Source: an uncultured Hymenobacter sp. (GTDB lineage Bacteria > Bacteroidota > Bacteroidia > Cytophagales > Hymenobacteraceae). Taken from it: a stretch of 64,000 nucleotides of DNA. The stretch is from assembly GCF_964243305.1 (NCBI RefSeq), contig NZ_CAXTEF010000008.1:7269-71268 (forward strand). Direction: 5' to 3'. Below, one piece after another: positions 55,795-64,000 of this stretch (the stretch's first letter is position 1; every line of letters begins with the position of its first letter). The notes under the pieces were generated by a model. It was not told the DNA's origin, made no database searches, and saw only the letters and a list, made by a program, of their open reading frames with translations. The position numbers and the translations under genes were made by a program.

Positions 55795-57180
55795 TTAGTA
55801 CCCCTCATTCTGTGTCAGGTTAGGATTCACGGCCACCTCACGTAGCGGAATGGGCAGAATTAAACGCGGAGAATTCCAAGGCAATACTACGCCATCAGGG
55901 TCTGTTACCGATTCTTTGTTGCGCTTGACATCGCCGAGACGGAAACCCTCAAAGGCCAATTCCAGCTTGCGCTCCCGTAGAATAGCGGTTAGCAAATCAG
56001 CGTTTGACATAGTAACTGGCAGGGCTTCCAGTCCTACCCGGACCCGGACCCGGTTCAAGTCGGCCAACGGGGTAGCGCCCACAGTTGTCCCAGCTCGCAG
56101 ATTCGCTTCCGCACGGGTCAGATACATTTCAGCAAGACGCATCAGCTTGATGTTGCCATACTGTGAATTAAACTTGTCGCTATAATTCTGACTAGCAGTG
56201 AAGGTGAACAGGTCGAGCCGCTCATCAGCATCCTCATACAAGTCTAAGTGCTTCTCTTCTACGCTGATATCGCCGCGTTGAAAGTAGAAGGTATTAAGCT
56301 CGTTGACTCCACTTTGCGCTGAATACTGAAGGGCGAAGATGTCTTCTCTGGTATTAGCAAGTAGGTCTTCGCCTGAATAAAACTCACCTACATAGCTCTC
56401 GCTGAGCACGAAGCTACCAACAGCCCTGTTGGCCGAGGCTGCCGCCTCCGAAAAGCGACCCTGTTGCAAGTATACCCGTGAGAGCATTCCAGAGGCCGTA
56501 TTAGAAGTAGCAAAAAAGGTAAATTCAGGCGACCCGATGGGTATTCCTGGCCGCATCTTAGTTTCCGCATCAGTCAGGTCAGTGATAATCTGCGCGTACA
56601 CCTCAGCTACTGTGTTTCGGCTTATTTGAACGCTGGCGTCAATCACCCCGGTAGGAGAAAGCACTAGGGGGACGCCAGGGTTAGCCGAAGGGGTGCCGTC
56701 GCTCCAGTCTTTGGCGTATAGCCGAACCAACTCGAAATACATGGCACTGCGGATGAACTTGGCCTCGCCTTCTACCCGCGCCTTCTTAGTGTCCGTGTCG
56801 AGCTTGTCCAGGTTAGCCAGCACATTGTTAGTGCGGTTGATGACATTGTAGGCATTAATCCAGATAGCTGCCGCATAGTCGTTATCCCGCTGAATAGCCT
56901 TACGGTTGAATTGCTGCGGGGGCACGAAGGTGCCCACGAAGGTGATTTCACCATCATCAGCCAGCAAGTCCGACATCAACTGAATATAGCCACCATAGGC
57001 CTGGATATTTTGAATGCCCGTGTAGCAACCTATCAAAGCGGCCTCGACATCAGATGAGGTGGACAGCGCCCTTTCGGCTCTCACGTCATTAACCGGCTCA
57101 ATATCCAATTTCTTATCGCAACTGGTCAACGAGCCCACCAAAAGCAGCGCCGTTAGTAGCGCCCAAAATGTTCTTTTCAT
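55795..57180 (-). CDS. RagB/SusD-family lipoprotein
   Basis: Lipobox LTSC, EAKFIRSAMYFELVR, RLAEMYLTRAEA, ERKLELAFEGFR and PIPLRE...NPNL.QN.GY. Confidence 0.95.
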   Translation of the reverse strand: MKRTFWALLTALLLVGSLTSCDKKLDIEPVNDVRAERALSTSSDVEAALIGCYTGIQNIQAYGGYIQLMSDLLADDGEITFVGTFVPPQQFNRKAIQRDNDYAAAIWINAYNVINRTNNVLANLDKLDTDTKKARVEGEAKFIRSAMYFELVRLYAKDWSDGTPSANPGVPLVLSPTGVIDASVQISRNTVAEVYAQIITDLTDAETKMRPGIPIGSPEFTFFATSNTASGMLSRVYLQQGRFSEAAASANRAVGSFVLSESYVGEFYSGEDLLANTREDIFALQYSAQSGVNELNTFYFQRGDISVEEKHLDLYEDADERLDLFTFTASQNYSDKFNSQYGNIKLMRLAEMYLTRAEANLRAGTTVGATPLADLNRVRVRVGLEALPVTMSNADLLTAILRERKLELAFEGFRLGDVKRNKESVTDPDGVVLPWNSPRLILPIPLREVAVNPNLTQNEGY

Positions 57181-57222
57181 GTGAAATTATTGGTCAAAGA
57201 GAAAGACACGCATTTCTGCACT

Positions 57223-60200
57223 CTATAAGCCGACATTGATACCAAAGGTGAGGGTGCGGGGCTGGGGCGCGGAATAAAAATCAATGCCCTGATTGATATT
57301 TCCCTGGGTAGCCGTTACGCTGCCTTGCGCGCCGGTTGAAGACAAATAGTCAGCATTTACTTCCGGGTCCCAACCTCCGTATTTGGTAATAGTGAGTAAG
57401 TTGAGAGCTTGCACGTACACCCGGACTGACTGCAAGTACCCTTTCTTCACGAGCGTACCGGGCAGATTGTAGCCCAGCGTGATGGTGCGCAGGCGGCCGT
57501 AAGAGCCATCGCGGACGAAGCGCGACGAGAGGCCGGTTCCAATGCCGCTGCCAAAGCTCGCCCGCGGCACGTCGGTGATGTCGCCAGCCTTCTGCCAACG
57601 TCGTAATTGGTCACGGGTCTGGTTGTCGGCTCCGTTGTTAAAGCCAACCGAGTAGAATTGCGCGCCGCCGTCGAACACCTTGTTGCCGAATATTCCAATA
57701 AAGGTGGCACTCAGGTCAATGCCTTTGAAGGTGAACGTATTGGTCAGACCGCCAGTCCAACGGGCATTAGGGTCGCCCAAAGGCACCAGTTCCGCCTCGT
57801 TGATATTGCTGGTTGTGCCGGTAGCGTGGTCAATGGTTCCCGTGCCGGTAGCGTCTTCATTGGACCTGTTGAGGTAGTAGAGCGCATTGCCGTTGGCAGC
57901 GTCTACGCCAGCATACTCGGGGCCGAAGAAGGTGCCGATTGGGTATCCTTCCTGTGCCCGACTCAGGAAGCTGCCCAAGATGGGCTGCCCCCGCAGAAAC
58001 GTGACCTCATTTCTGTTGCGGGCTGCATTGACGGTAGTGGTCCAACTAAAGTCGCCCACGAAGTTGCGGGTAGTCAGGGCAAACTCGATGCCTTTGTTCT
58101 CCATGTTGCCCACATTCTGAAACTGGCTGTCAAAGCCCGTGGTGGAAGGCACCGGCACGCTCAGAGCCAAATCGCTGGTCTTTTTCTGGTACACGTCCAC
58201 CTCGCCGCTGATGCGGTTATCGAGGAAGCCAAACTCCAGGCCAGCGTCTGCCTGCGTGGTTGATTCCCATTTCAGGTCGGGGTTGCCGATTTGTGAAGGC
58301 CGCTGACCCGGTACGCCCACGTAGCCCGACGTGCCTGAGAACAAGCTGAGGGGCGCGAAATCGGGAAAACCTTGGTTACCAGTGCGCCCAATGCTGATGC
58401 GTGGCTTGAGAAAGCTCAGCACCTTCTGGTCTTTGAGAAAGCTTTCCTCGGTTGCTACCCAGCCAATTGAAGCGGCGGGAAAGAAGCCGTAACGGTTGTT
58501 GTCGCCGAAACGAGACGAGCCGTCAACTCGAGCACTGAGGCCGAGCAGGTATCTACCGGCAAAAGAATAATTGAGGCGCGCGAAATATGAAAGCAGCGAA
58601 TTGCTGGTGCCTGATGAGTTGCCAGCCGTAAACGTGGCTGCATTTACAACGGTGCGGTAAGCGTCGCTGGCGAACTGCGTACCTGAGACGTTGCGGTAAT
58701 CGTACTTGCGCTCTTCGTAGGCCGTGCCCAGCGTGGCCTCGATAGAGTGCTGCTCGGCCAGCGTTTTGCGGTAAGAAAAGAAATTGTTGGTGATGTAGCG
58801 GGCGCTGGTGGCGTGGGCGCTAAAGCCAAAGCTGTTCGTGCGGCCGGAGTTGCGACCCGTGATGCGCGACAAGTATTGGTCCTCATCCTGATTAAGCAAA
58901 TCTACCCCCAACTCCGACCGGAACGAGAGGCCAGAGAGGATTTCCACTTGTGCGTAGACGTTGCCTAGTGCCCGGTAATTGAATGAGGTATAAGTGGCGT
59001 TATTGTTCTCCAGGCCCAGCAGTGGGTTGTAGTAGAACGGGTAGTTATCGTTCGGCTGGCCTACAAACCGGCTGTCAGGGTCTACGTCCAGCGCGCCGCT
59101 GGTCAGGCCAGTGCGCGGGTCAATTAAAGGCGTAATTGGAGCCAGCGCCACGGTTTGCATCGGGTTGCTGAAGGCGTTGTCGTTGGGCAGGCGATTGTTG
59201 CGAGTGCGCGAGAGCGCTACGTTCACCCCCAATATCAGCCGGTCGCTGGCCGTATGGTCCACGTTGAGGCGTGAGGCAATCCGCTCCAGTTTATTACCCC
59301 GCAAAATCCCCTCCTGATTGCTGTATTGGCCTGAGACGAAAAACTTAGTTTTATCAGTACCGCCGCTGGCGTTTAAGTCGTACTGGCTGAATGTACTGGT
59401 CTGAAAAATTTGGTCCTGCCAATCGGTATTTACTGTGTAGTTAGCGTTAACATCCACTCCGCCAGCATAGTCCTTGAGGCGGGCAGCGATGTTGGCGGGC
59501 ACTGCCCGTGAGCCGCCTCTGTTCCTGAGCGCCTCTGTAAGAAGCTCAGTATACTCCGCGGCATTCAAAAAGTCGCGCTTGCGGGTTGCTTCGCTCTGGC
59601 CATACTGATAGCTCAAGTTGAAGCGGGTAGCGCCGGCCTTGCCGCGCTTGGTCGTGATGAGTACTACTCCGTTGGAAGCGCGAGAGCCATAGATGGCGGA
59701 GGCGGCCGCATCCTTCAGCACTGTAATGCTTTCGATATCATTCGGGTTGATGTCGGCCAGCGGATTGGTTGGAGCGCTGGTCGAGGAAAAGCCGTCCGTC
59801 TGAATTGGAATATTATCAATCACGTACAGCGGCTGCGTATCGCCGCTCACCGAGGATGTGCCGCGCACCCGCACTTTGATGGCTTGACCGAGCTTGCCGC
59901 TAGAATTCTCAATCACCACCCCAGCCGCTTTTCCCTGGATTGCCTGCTCGAATGTTTGCACCGGAGCATTAGCAATATCCTTAGTCGTCAGGGTCACCAC
60001 CGAACCCGTCAAGTCGGCTTTTTGCTGCGTGCCGTAGCCCACTACCACGGCTTCTGTTAGTTGAGTAGCACTCACGGGTAACGTCACGTTAATCGTGCTC
60101 TGCCCGCCTACAGCCACCGTCTGAGCGGTGTAGCCCACCGAGCTGATGACGAGGGAAGCGCCCGGCTGCACGCTCAGGCTGAAGTTGCCCTCGGCGTTGG

Positions 60201-60360
60201 TGCTGGCGCCGTTGGTGGTGCCGCGCTCCAGCACGGTGGCGCCGGGAATGGCGCCGCCATCGGAGCCTAGTACCCGGCCGCTGATGGCCTGGGTTTGGGC
60301 CCAGGCCGGTGCCGCTAACAGCAGTCCCAGCAAAAGAAAGAGTAAGAGTTTCTGTTTCAT
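57223..60360 (-). CDS. SusC/RagA-family TonB-dependent receptor
   Basis: Signal peptide, N-terminal extension domain, plug motif NPNDIESITVLKDAAASAIYGSRASNGVVLITTKRG and barrel motifs. ATG at 60360. Confidence 0.96.
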   Translation of the reverse strand: MKQKLLLFLLLGLLLAAPAWAQTQAISGRVLGSDGGAIPGATVLERGTTNGASTNAEGNFSLSVQPGASLVISSVGYTAQTVAVGGQSTINVTLPVSATQLTEAVVVGYGTQQKADLTGSVVTLTTKDIANAPVQTFEQAIQGKAAGVVIENSSGKLGQAIKVRVRGTSSVSGDTQPLYVIDNIPIQTDGFSSTSAPTNPLADINPNDIESITVLKDAAASAIYGSRASNGVVLITTKRGKAGATRFNLSYQYGQSEATRKRDFLNAAEYTELLTEALRNRGGSRAVPANIAARLKDYAGGVDVNANYTVNTDWQDQIFQTSTFSQYDLNASGGTDKTKFFVSGQYSNQEGILRGNKLERIASRLNVDHTASDRLILGVNVALSRTRNNRLPNDNAFSNPMQTVALAPITPLIDPRTGLTSGALDVDPDSRFVGQPNDNYPFYYNPLLGLENNNATYTSFNYRALGNVYAQVEILSGLSFRSELGVDLLNQDEDQYLSRITGRNSGRTNSFGFSAHATSARYITNNFFSYRKTLAEQHSIEATLGTAYEERKYDYRNVSGTQFASDAYRTVVNAATFTAGNSSGTSNSLLSYFARLNYSFAGRYLLGLSARVDGSSRFGDNNRYGFFPAASIGWVATEESFLKDQKVLSFLKPRISIGRTGNQGFPDFAPLSLFSGTSGYVGVPGQRPSQIGNPDLKWESTTQADAGLEFGFLDNRISGEVDVYQKKTSDLALSVPVPSTTGFDSQFQNVGNMENKGIEFALTTRNFVGDFSWTTTVNAARNRNEVTFLRGQPILGSFLSRAQEGYPIGTFFGPEYAGVDAANGNALYYLNRSNEDATGTGTIDHATGTTSNINEAELVPLGDPNARWTGGLTNTFTFKGIDLSATFIGIFGNKVFDGGAQFYSVGFNNGADNQTRDQLRRWQKAGDITDVPRASFGSGIGTGLSSRFVRDGSYGRLRTITLGYNLPGTLVKKGYLQSVRVYVQALNLLTITKYGGWDPEVNADYLSSTGAQGSVTATQGNINQGIDFYSAPQPRTLTFGINVGL

Positions 60361-60378
60361 AAGTCGAAAGGGGTTGGT

Positions 60379-60443
60379 GTGCAAATTAAGATGGGTAAAA
60401 CCACAATGAGGGGTGCAAATTAAGCAGCGAATTGCCAAATTAA
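60379..60443. promoter_or_regulatory. Triple CAAATTAA repeat upstream of susC
   Basis: GTGCAAATTAAG at 60379 and 60413, and CAAATTAA at 60436. Confidence 0.5.
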
Positions 60444-60613
60444 TAATTTTTACGCGCAAAGTACCCCCTAATTGCATCCTTGAACTAACAAAAATCTTTT
60501 TTGCAAGTGTTCAGGCATCTATTACATCCAACCCCTTAGCTCATTCCGGTTCCTACCTTTACCTAGCCGGAGCACCTTGGCCGTCCGGCCCCCATTTTAC
60601 CTGCTTTATATTA

Positions 60614-61786
60614 ATGAGTGCTATCCAGTATCTAACTACCGCTGCCGACGTGGCGCAGGCGGCTACCCATTTTGCCACTTGCCTGCGTATTGGCATCGAC
60701 CTGGAGTTTGACGATAACCGCTACCGCTACGGCCGCCACCTGGCTCTTATTCAGGTGTTTGACGGCGAAACGGTATATCTGATTGACCCCCTACCCCTGC
60801 CCGACATGGCCCGCGACCTCGAGCCCCTGTTCGCGGTGCTGCGCTCGCCCGACGTAGCCAAGGTGTTCCACTCTTGCAAGTCGGATATTCTGTTGCTCGA
60901 CGAGCTGTTTGGCGTCACCTGCCGTCACATCGTCGATACCAGCGTGCAGTTTACCTTGCTCACGGCCGAGGACAACAACATCTCACTGGGCCGCCTCATT
61001 CAGCAGGAGCTGGGCCTGACTGTGGACAAGGGCGAGCAGAAGTCAAACTGGCTCAAGCGCCCGCTCACAGAGGCCCAGAAAGAGTACGCCGCCAACGACG
61101 TAGTGTACCTGTTCCAGCTCACCGACCTGCTCGCGTCCCGGCTTCGGGAGCAGGGCCGCGCCGAATGGGCCGCCCAGGAAAACGAGGCGCTGGAAGCCGT
61201 GCGCTACGGCCGCGACGAAACCCGTCCCTGGGGCCGGCTGGCCGGCAAGTTCCGCATCGCGCCGGCCGAGCTGCCCTTGTTTCGGGAGCTGTACCTGCTG
61301 CGCGACGCCGTGGCCCGGCAACTCGACCGCCCCAGCTACATGGTGATGAGCAACGACCGCCTGGCCGAGTTGGCCCGCGAGCCCATCCAGACTGCCGCCG
61401 AGCTGCGCCAGGCCGCCGGCCTGCACCCCGACCTCAAACGCAGCCCCTACGCTGAGCAGCTCGTGGCCTTGGGCACCGCCGACCTGGCCGCCGAAGCTGC
61501 GGTGCCCGCCGAGCAGCGCCGCTTCCCGCTGCGCCGCCGCCTCAGCGGGTCGCAGACCGCCAAAGCCGATGCGCGCGAAAACCTGCTCAATCAACTCAAA
61601 ACTCACCTCACGCAGGACGAAGGGCCGCTGCTGGCCAACCTCGTGCTCAGCAACCGCCTCATTGGCGACATCATCGAGCAGGGCGCCGATGCCACGCTGC
61701 GGCCCTGGCAGCAGGAGCTGCTGCGCGACGCCGCCGAGCGGCACGGGCTCCAGTACGAGAGCGTGGCCGCGCCCTTTGCCATCTGA
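60614..61786 (+). CDS. rnd: Ribonuclease D-like 3'-5' exonuclease with HRDC domain
   Basis: GIDLEFD, KVFH.CKSD, EQKSNWLKRPLT..Q..YAANDV and an HRDC-type segment (RDAVARQLDRP..VMSNDRL). Confidence 0.88.
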   Translation: MSAIQYLTTAADVAQAATHFATCLRIGIDLEFDDNRYRYGRHLALIQVFDGETVYLIDPLPLPDMARDLEPLFAVLRSPDVAKVFHSCKSDILLLDELFGVTCRHIVDTSVQFTLLTAEDNNISLGRLIQQELGLTVDKGEQKSNWLKRPLTEAQKEYAANDVVYLFQLTDLLASRLREQGRAEWAAQENEALEAVRYGRDETRPWGRLAGKFRIAPAELPLFRELYLLRDAVARQLDRPSYMVMSNDRLAELAREPIQTAAELRQAAGLHPDLKRSPYAEQLVALGTADLAAEAAVPAEQRRFPLRRRLSGSQTAKADARENLLNQLKTHLTQDEGPLLANLVLSNRLIGDIIEQGADATLRPWQQELLRDAAERHGLQYESVAAPFAI

Positions 61787-61800
61787 ACCACTGATTGCCT

Positions 61801-62826
61801 ATGCGCCGCTGGCTTCTGCCACTCCTTTTCCTGCTGAGTGCCGGCACCTACGGCACCTGGCGCCTGCTCTACCGGCCGGCCCCTACCCCCTCGCCCGACG
61901 GCGATGCCTACCTCTACATCCGCACCGGGGCGCCGTTTCGGGCGGTGCTGGATTCGCTGAATGGGCCGGCGTTGCTGCGCGACTCAGTTGGGTTTCGCTG
62001 GCTGGCCGAGTGGCGCGGCTATCCGGGGCGCATCCGCGCCGGGCGCTACCGCCTGAGCCCGGAGCTGGGCAACCTGGCGTTGCTGCGCCGGCTGGAAAAT
62101 GGCGAACAAGACACCATCGAGCTGGCAGTAAAGCCGTTTCATTACCTGCCCGCTCTGCCTCGCCGAGTGGCGCCGCATTTGGAAATCGACTCCGTGCAGC
62201 TGCAAAAGCTGCTGGCCGACAACGCCGGCCTGCGGGCGCGCTACGGCCTCGATACGGCCACGGTGCGCACGCTCTTTATTCCGGGCACCTATGACCTGGT
62301 GTGGAATACGAGCCCGCGGGCCCTGCTCGACACGTTTGCGGCGCGGCACCGCCGGTTCTGGACGCCGCAGCGGCGGGCGCGGGCCGACTCGCTGAAAATG
62401 AGCCCGGTGCAGGTTAGTATTCTAGCCAGCATCGTGCAGCGCGAAACGGCGCAGCCCACCGACAAGCCTCTGATTGCCGCCGTTTACTTGAACCGCCTGC
62501 GGCGGGGCCAGCCCCTGCAGGCCGACCCGACCTTGCTCTGGCCCCAGCACGCGCTGGGCACCCGTCGCCGGGTGCTCAATCTGGATAAGAAAGTCGATTC
62601 GCCCTACAACACTTACCGCCACAAGGGCCTGCCGCCGGGCCCCATCACCACGCCCCTGCCTGGCTCGCTCGATGCGGTGCTGCAGCCCGCCCGCAACCAG
62701 AACCTGTTTTTCTGCGCCCGCCCCGACGGCAGCGGGTTTTCCGACTTCGCCGAAACCTACGCCCAGCACCGCCGCAACGCCCGCCGCTACCAGCACCGCC
62801 TCGACAGCCTGGGGGTGAGGCGGTAG
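61801..62826 (+). CDS. mltG: Endolytic transglycosylase MltG
   Basis: N-terminal TM, ASIVQRET, VYLNRL, LQADPT, SPYNTY...GLPPGPI and FAETY..H. Confidence 0.94.
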   Translation: MRRWLLPLLFLLSAGTYGTWRLLYRPAPTPSPDGDAYLYIRTGAPFRAVLDSLNGPALLRDSVGFRWLAEWRGYPGRIRAGRYRLSPELGNLALLRRLENGEQDTIELAVKPFHYLPALPRRVAPHLEIDSVQLQKLLADNAGLRARYGLDTATVRTLFIPGTYDLVWNTSPRALLDTFAARHRRFWTPQRRARADSLKMSPVQVSILASIVQRETAQPTDKPLIAAVYLNRLRRGQPLQADPTLLWPQHALGTRRRVLNLDKKVDSPYNTYRHKGLPPGPITTPLPGSLDAVLQPARNQNLFFCARPDGSGFSDFAETYAQHRRNARRYQHRLDSLGVRR

Positions 62827-62849
62827 CTTCTGGCTTTGCCGGACGAGCG

Positions 62850-63010
62850 GGGGGTAGGGAATCGAGAATTAAAAGAAGGTCAGGCTGAGCGCAGCGAAGC
62901 ATCTTGCCAGGAAAAGTAATCTAATCGTTGTTAATTATTGATTAGCCAGCGGGCAAGATGCTTCGCTGCACTCAGCCTGACCTTCTTTTAATTCTCGATT
63001 CCCTACCCCC
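62850..63010. repeat. Long palindromic element, copy 5, capped by GGGGGTAGGG/CCCTACCCCC
   Basis: 59-bp arms at 62850-62908 and 62952-63010 with one mismatch. Confidence 0.93.
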
Positions 63011-63022
63011 TACCCTAAACCA

Positions 63023-63469
63023 ATGCGCCTTGTCATTCAGCGCGTCCAGGCCGCGTCTGTCGTCATCGAAGGTCAGCTTACCGGGCAGATTGGCCCCGGC
63101 CTGTTGGTGCTGGCCGGCTTCGCCCCCACCGACGCGCCCGCGGCCCTAGTTTGGATGGCCCGCAAGCTCACGCAGCTGCGCATTTTCCCCGACCAAGCCG
63201 GCCAGATGAACCGCAGCGTACTCGACACCGGCGGGCAGGTGCTCGTCGTCAGTCAGTTTACGCTCCTGGCCGATGCGCGCAATGGCAACCGCCCCAGCTA
63301 CGCCGGAGCGGCGCCGCCGGCCGTGGCCGCGCCGCTGTACCAGCAGTTTGTGGCCCTGGTGGCCGAGCTGCTGGGCCAGCCCGTGCCCACGGGCATCTTC
63401 GGCGCCGACATGCAGGTGAGTTTGGTGAACGACGGCCCGGTAACCATCGTGCTGGATTCGCCGGCCTGA
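63023..63469 (+). CDS. dtd: D-aminoacyl-tRNA deacylase
   Basis: [36 protein letters not shown]. Confidence 0.96.
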   Translation: MRLVIQRVQAASVVIEGQLTGQIGPGLLVLAGFAPTDAPAALVWMARKLTQLRIFPDQAGQMNRSVLDTGGQVLVVSQFTLLADARNGNRPSYAGAAPPAVAAPLYQQFVALVAELLGQPVPTGIFGADMQVSLVNDGPVTIVLDSPA

Positions 63470-63505
63470 GTTAGCGTAAATTGCTGGCTTCAATGTAACC
63501 TCGCT

Positions 63506-63832
63506 ATGACCCTCGAACAAGCCCAGGCCACTGTGGATGAGTGGATAACCACCACCGGCGTCCGCTACTTCAATGAGCTGACGAATATGGCCATTCTGAC
63601 CGAGGAAGTGGGCGAGGTGGCCCGCCTCATCGCCCGGCAGTATGGCGAGCAGTCGTTTAAGGAATCGGACAGGGGTAGGGAATTGGGCGATGAGCTGGCC
63701 GACGTGCTGTTCGTGGTCATCTGTTTGGCGAATCAGACGGGTGTTGATTTGACCGAAGCGCTGCGCCGCAACCTGGAAAAGAAGACCCGGCGCGACAGCC
63801 AGCGCCACCAGAACAATGAGAAGCTGAAGTAG
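63506..63832 (+). CDS. MazG-like nucleotide pyrophosphohydrolase
   Basis: ILTEEVGEVAR, ELADVLFV..CLANQTG and KKT.RD..RH. Confidence 0.9.
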   Translation: MTLEQAQATVDEWITTTGVRYFNELTNMAILTEEVGEVARLIARQYGEQSFKESDRGRELGDELADVLFVVICLANQTGVDLTEALRRNLEKKTRRDSQRHQNNEKLK

Positions 63833-63855
63833 CGCAAAACTCTGTTTCGCGCTAC
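63829..63855. repeat. GTAG-ended REP-like palindrome forming the whole intergenic region
   Basis: GTAGCGCAAAACTCTGTTTCGCGCTAC; GTAG reads inward from both ends. Confidence 0.75.
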
Positions 63856-64000
63856 CACGCCATCAGCCGGTCTTCGCGCCACTGCGGCAGCACGGCAGCG
63901 TAGCGGTCTACTTCCATACAAAACCCGAAATCCTGGCTGGCTTCCAGCGAGTTGAGGCGCCGCACGTGCGCCGACTGGAGCAAGTAAGCGGGCAAATCAG
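63852..64000 (-). CDS. 3' end of a CDS running off the window, probably 2-phosphosulfolactate phosphatase (ComB family)
   Basis: My translation, not in the ORF track: DLPAYLLQSAHVRRLNSLEASQDFGFCMEVDRYAAVLPQWREDRLMAW*. It resembles ComB C-termini (SH..RL..L...D..FC...D....VP). Confidence 0.55.
   Translation of the reverse strand, partial: DLPAYLLQSAHVRRLNSLEASQDFGFCMEVDRYAAVLPQWREDRLMAW

Overview
High-GC Bacteroidota chromosome segment. Gene content and order suggest Cytophagales (Hymenobacter-like); this assignment is an inference. In order, the window holds: a 5'-truncated SusC/SusD pair; an RDD / SpoIIM-like / membrane / DUF4129 / DUF4350 / MoxR / DUF58 cluster; a GH20 hexosaminidase; a DEDDh exonuclease; a VapBC-like toxin-antitoxin pair; a ~1290-aa outer-membrane protein; a Crp/Fnr-DUF4260 pair; an orphan multi-TM histidine kinase; a ~18 kb minus-strand alternative complex III (actA-F) plus aa3 oxidase cluster with haem O/A synthases, an SCO-like protein and small accessory genes; rpsF-rpsR-rplI; a GSCFA protein; priA; queA; small hypotheticals; an SPFH protein; a second SusC/SusD pair; rnd-mltG-dtd-MazG-like; and the 3' end of a probable comB. 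I found no tRNA, rRNA, CRISPR, transposase or integrase. The most unusual signals are at DNA level. (1) The motif CCCTACCCC/GGGGTAGGG occurs at least 37 times by hand count, is strand-skewed, and lies both inside and between genes. (2) A family of ~100-160 bp palindromic elements has copy-specific but self-symmetric arms. (3) GTAG-type REP hairpins supply stop codons. Notable protein-level oddities are a PIN toxin with Asn at the first catalytic Asp position, a cysteine-free SCO encoded near a small CxxC protein, a GSCFA protein with a ~440-aa disordered tail, and a methyltransferase with a lipoprotein signal. All counts and alignments were done by eye. Family names come from motif recall, not database searches.
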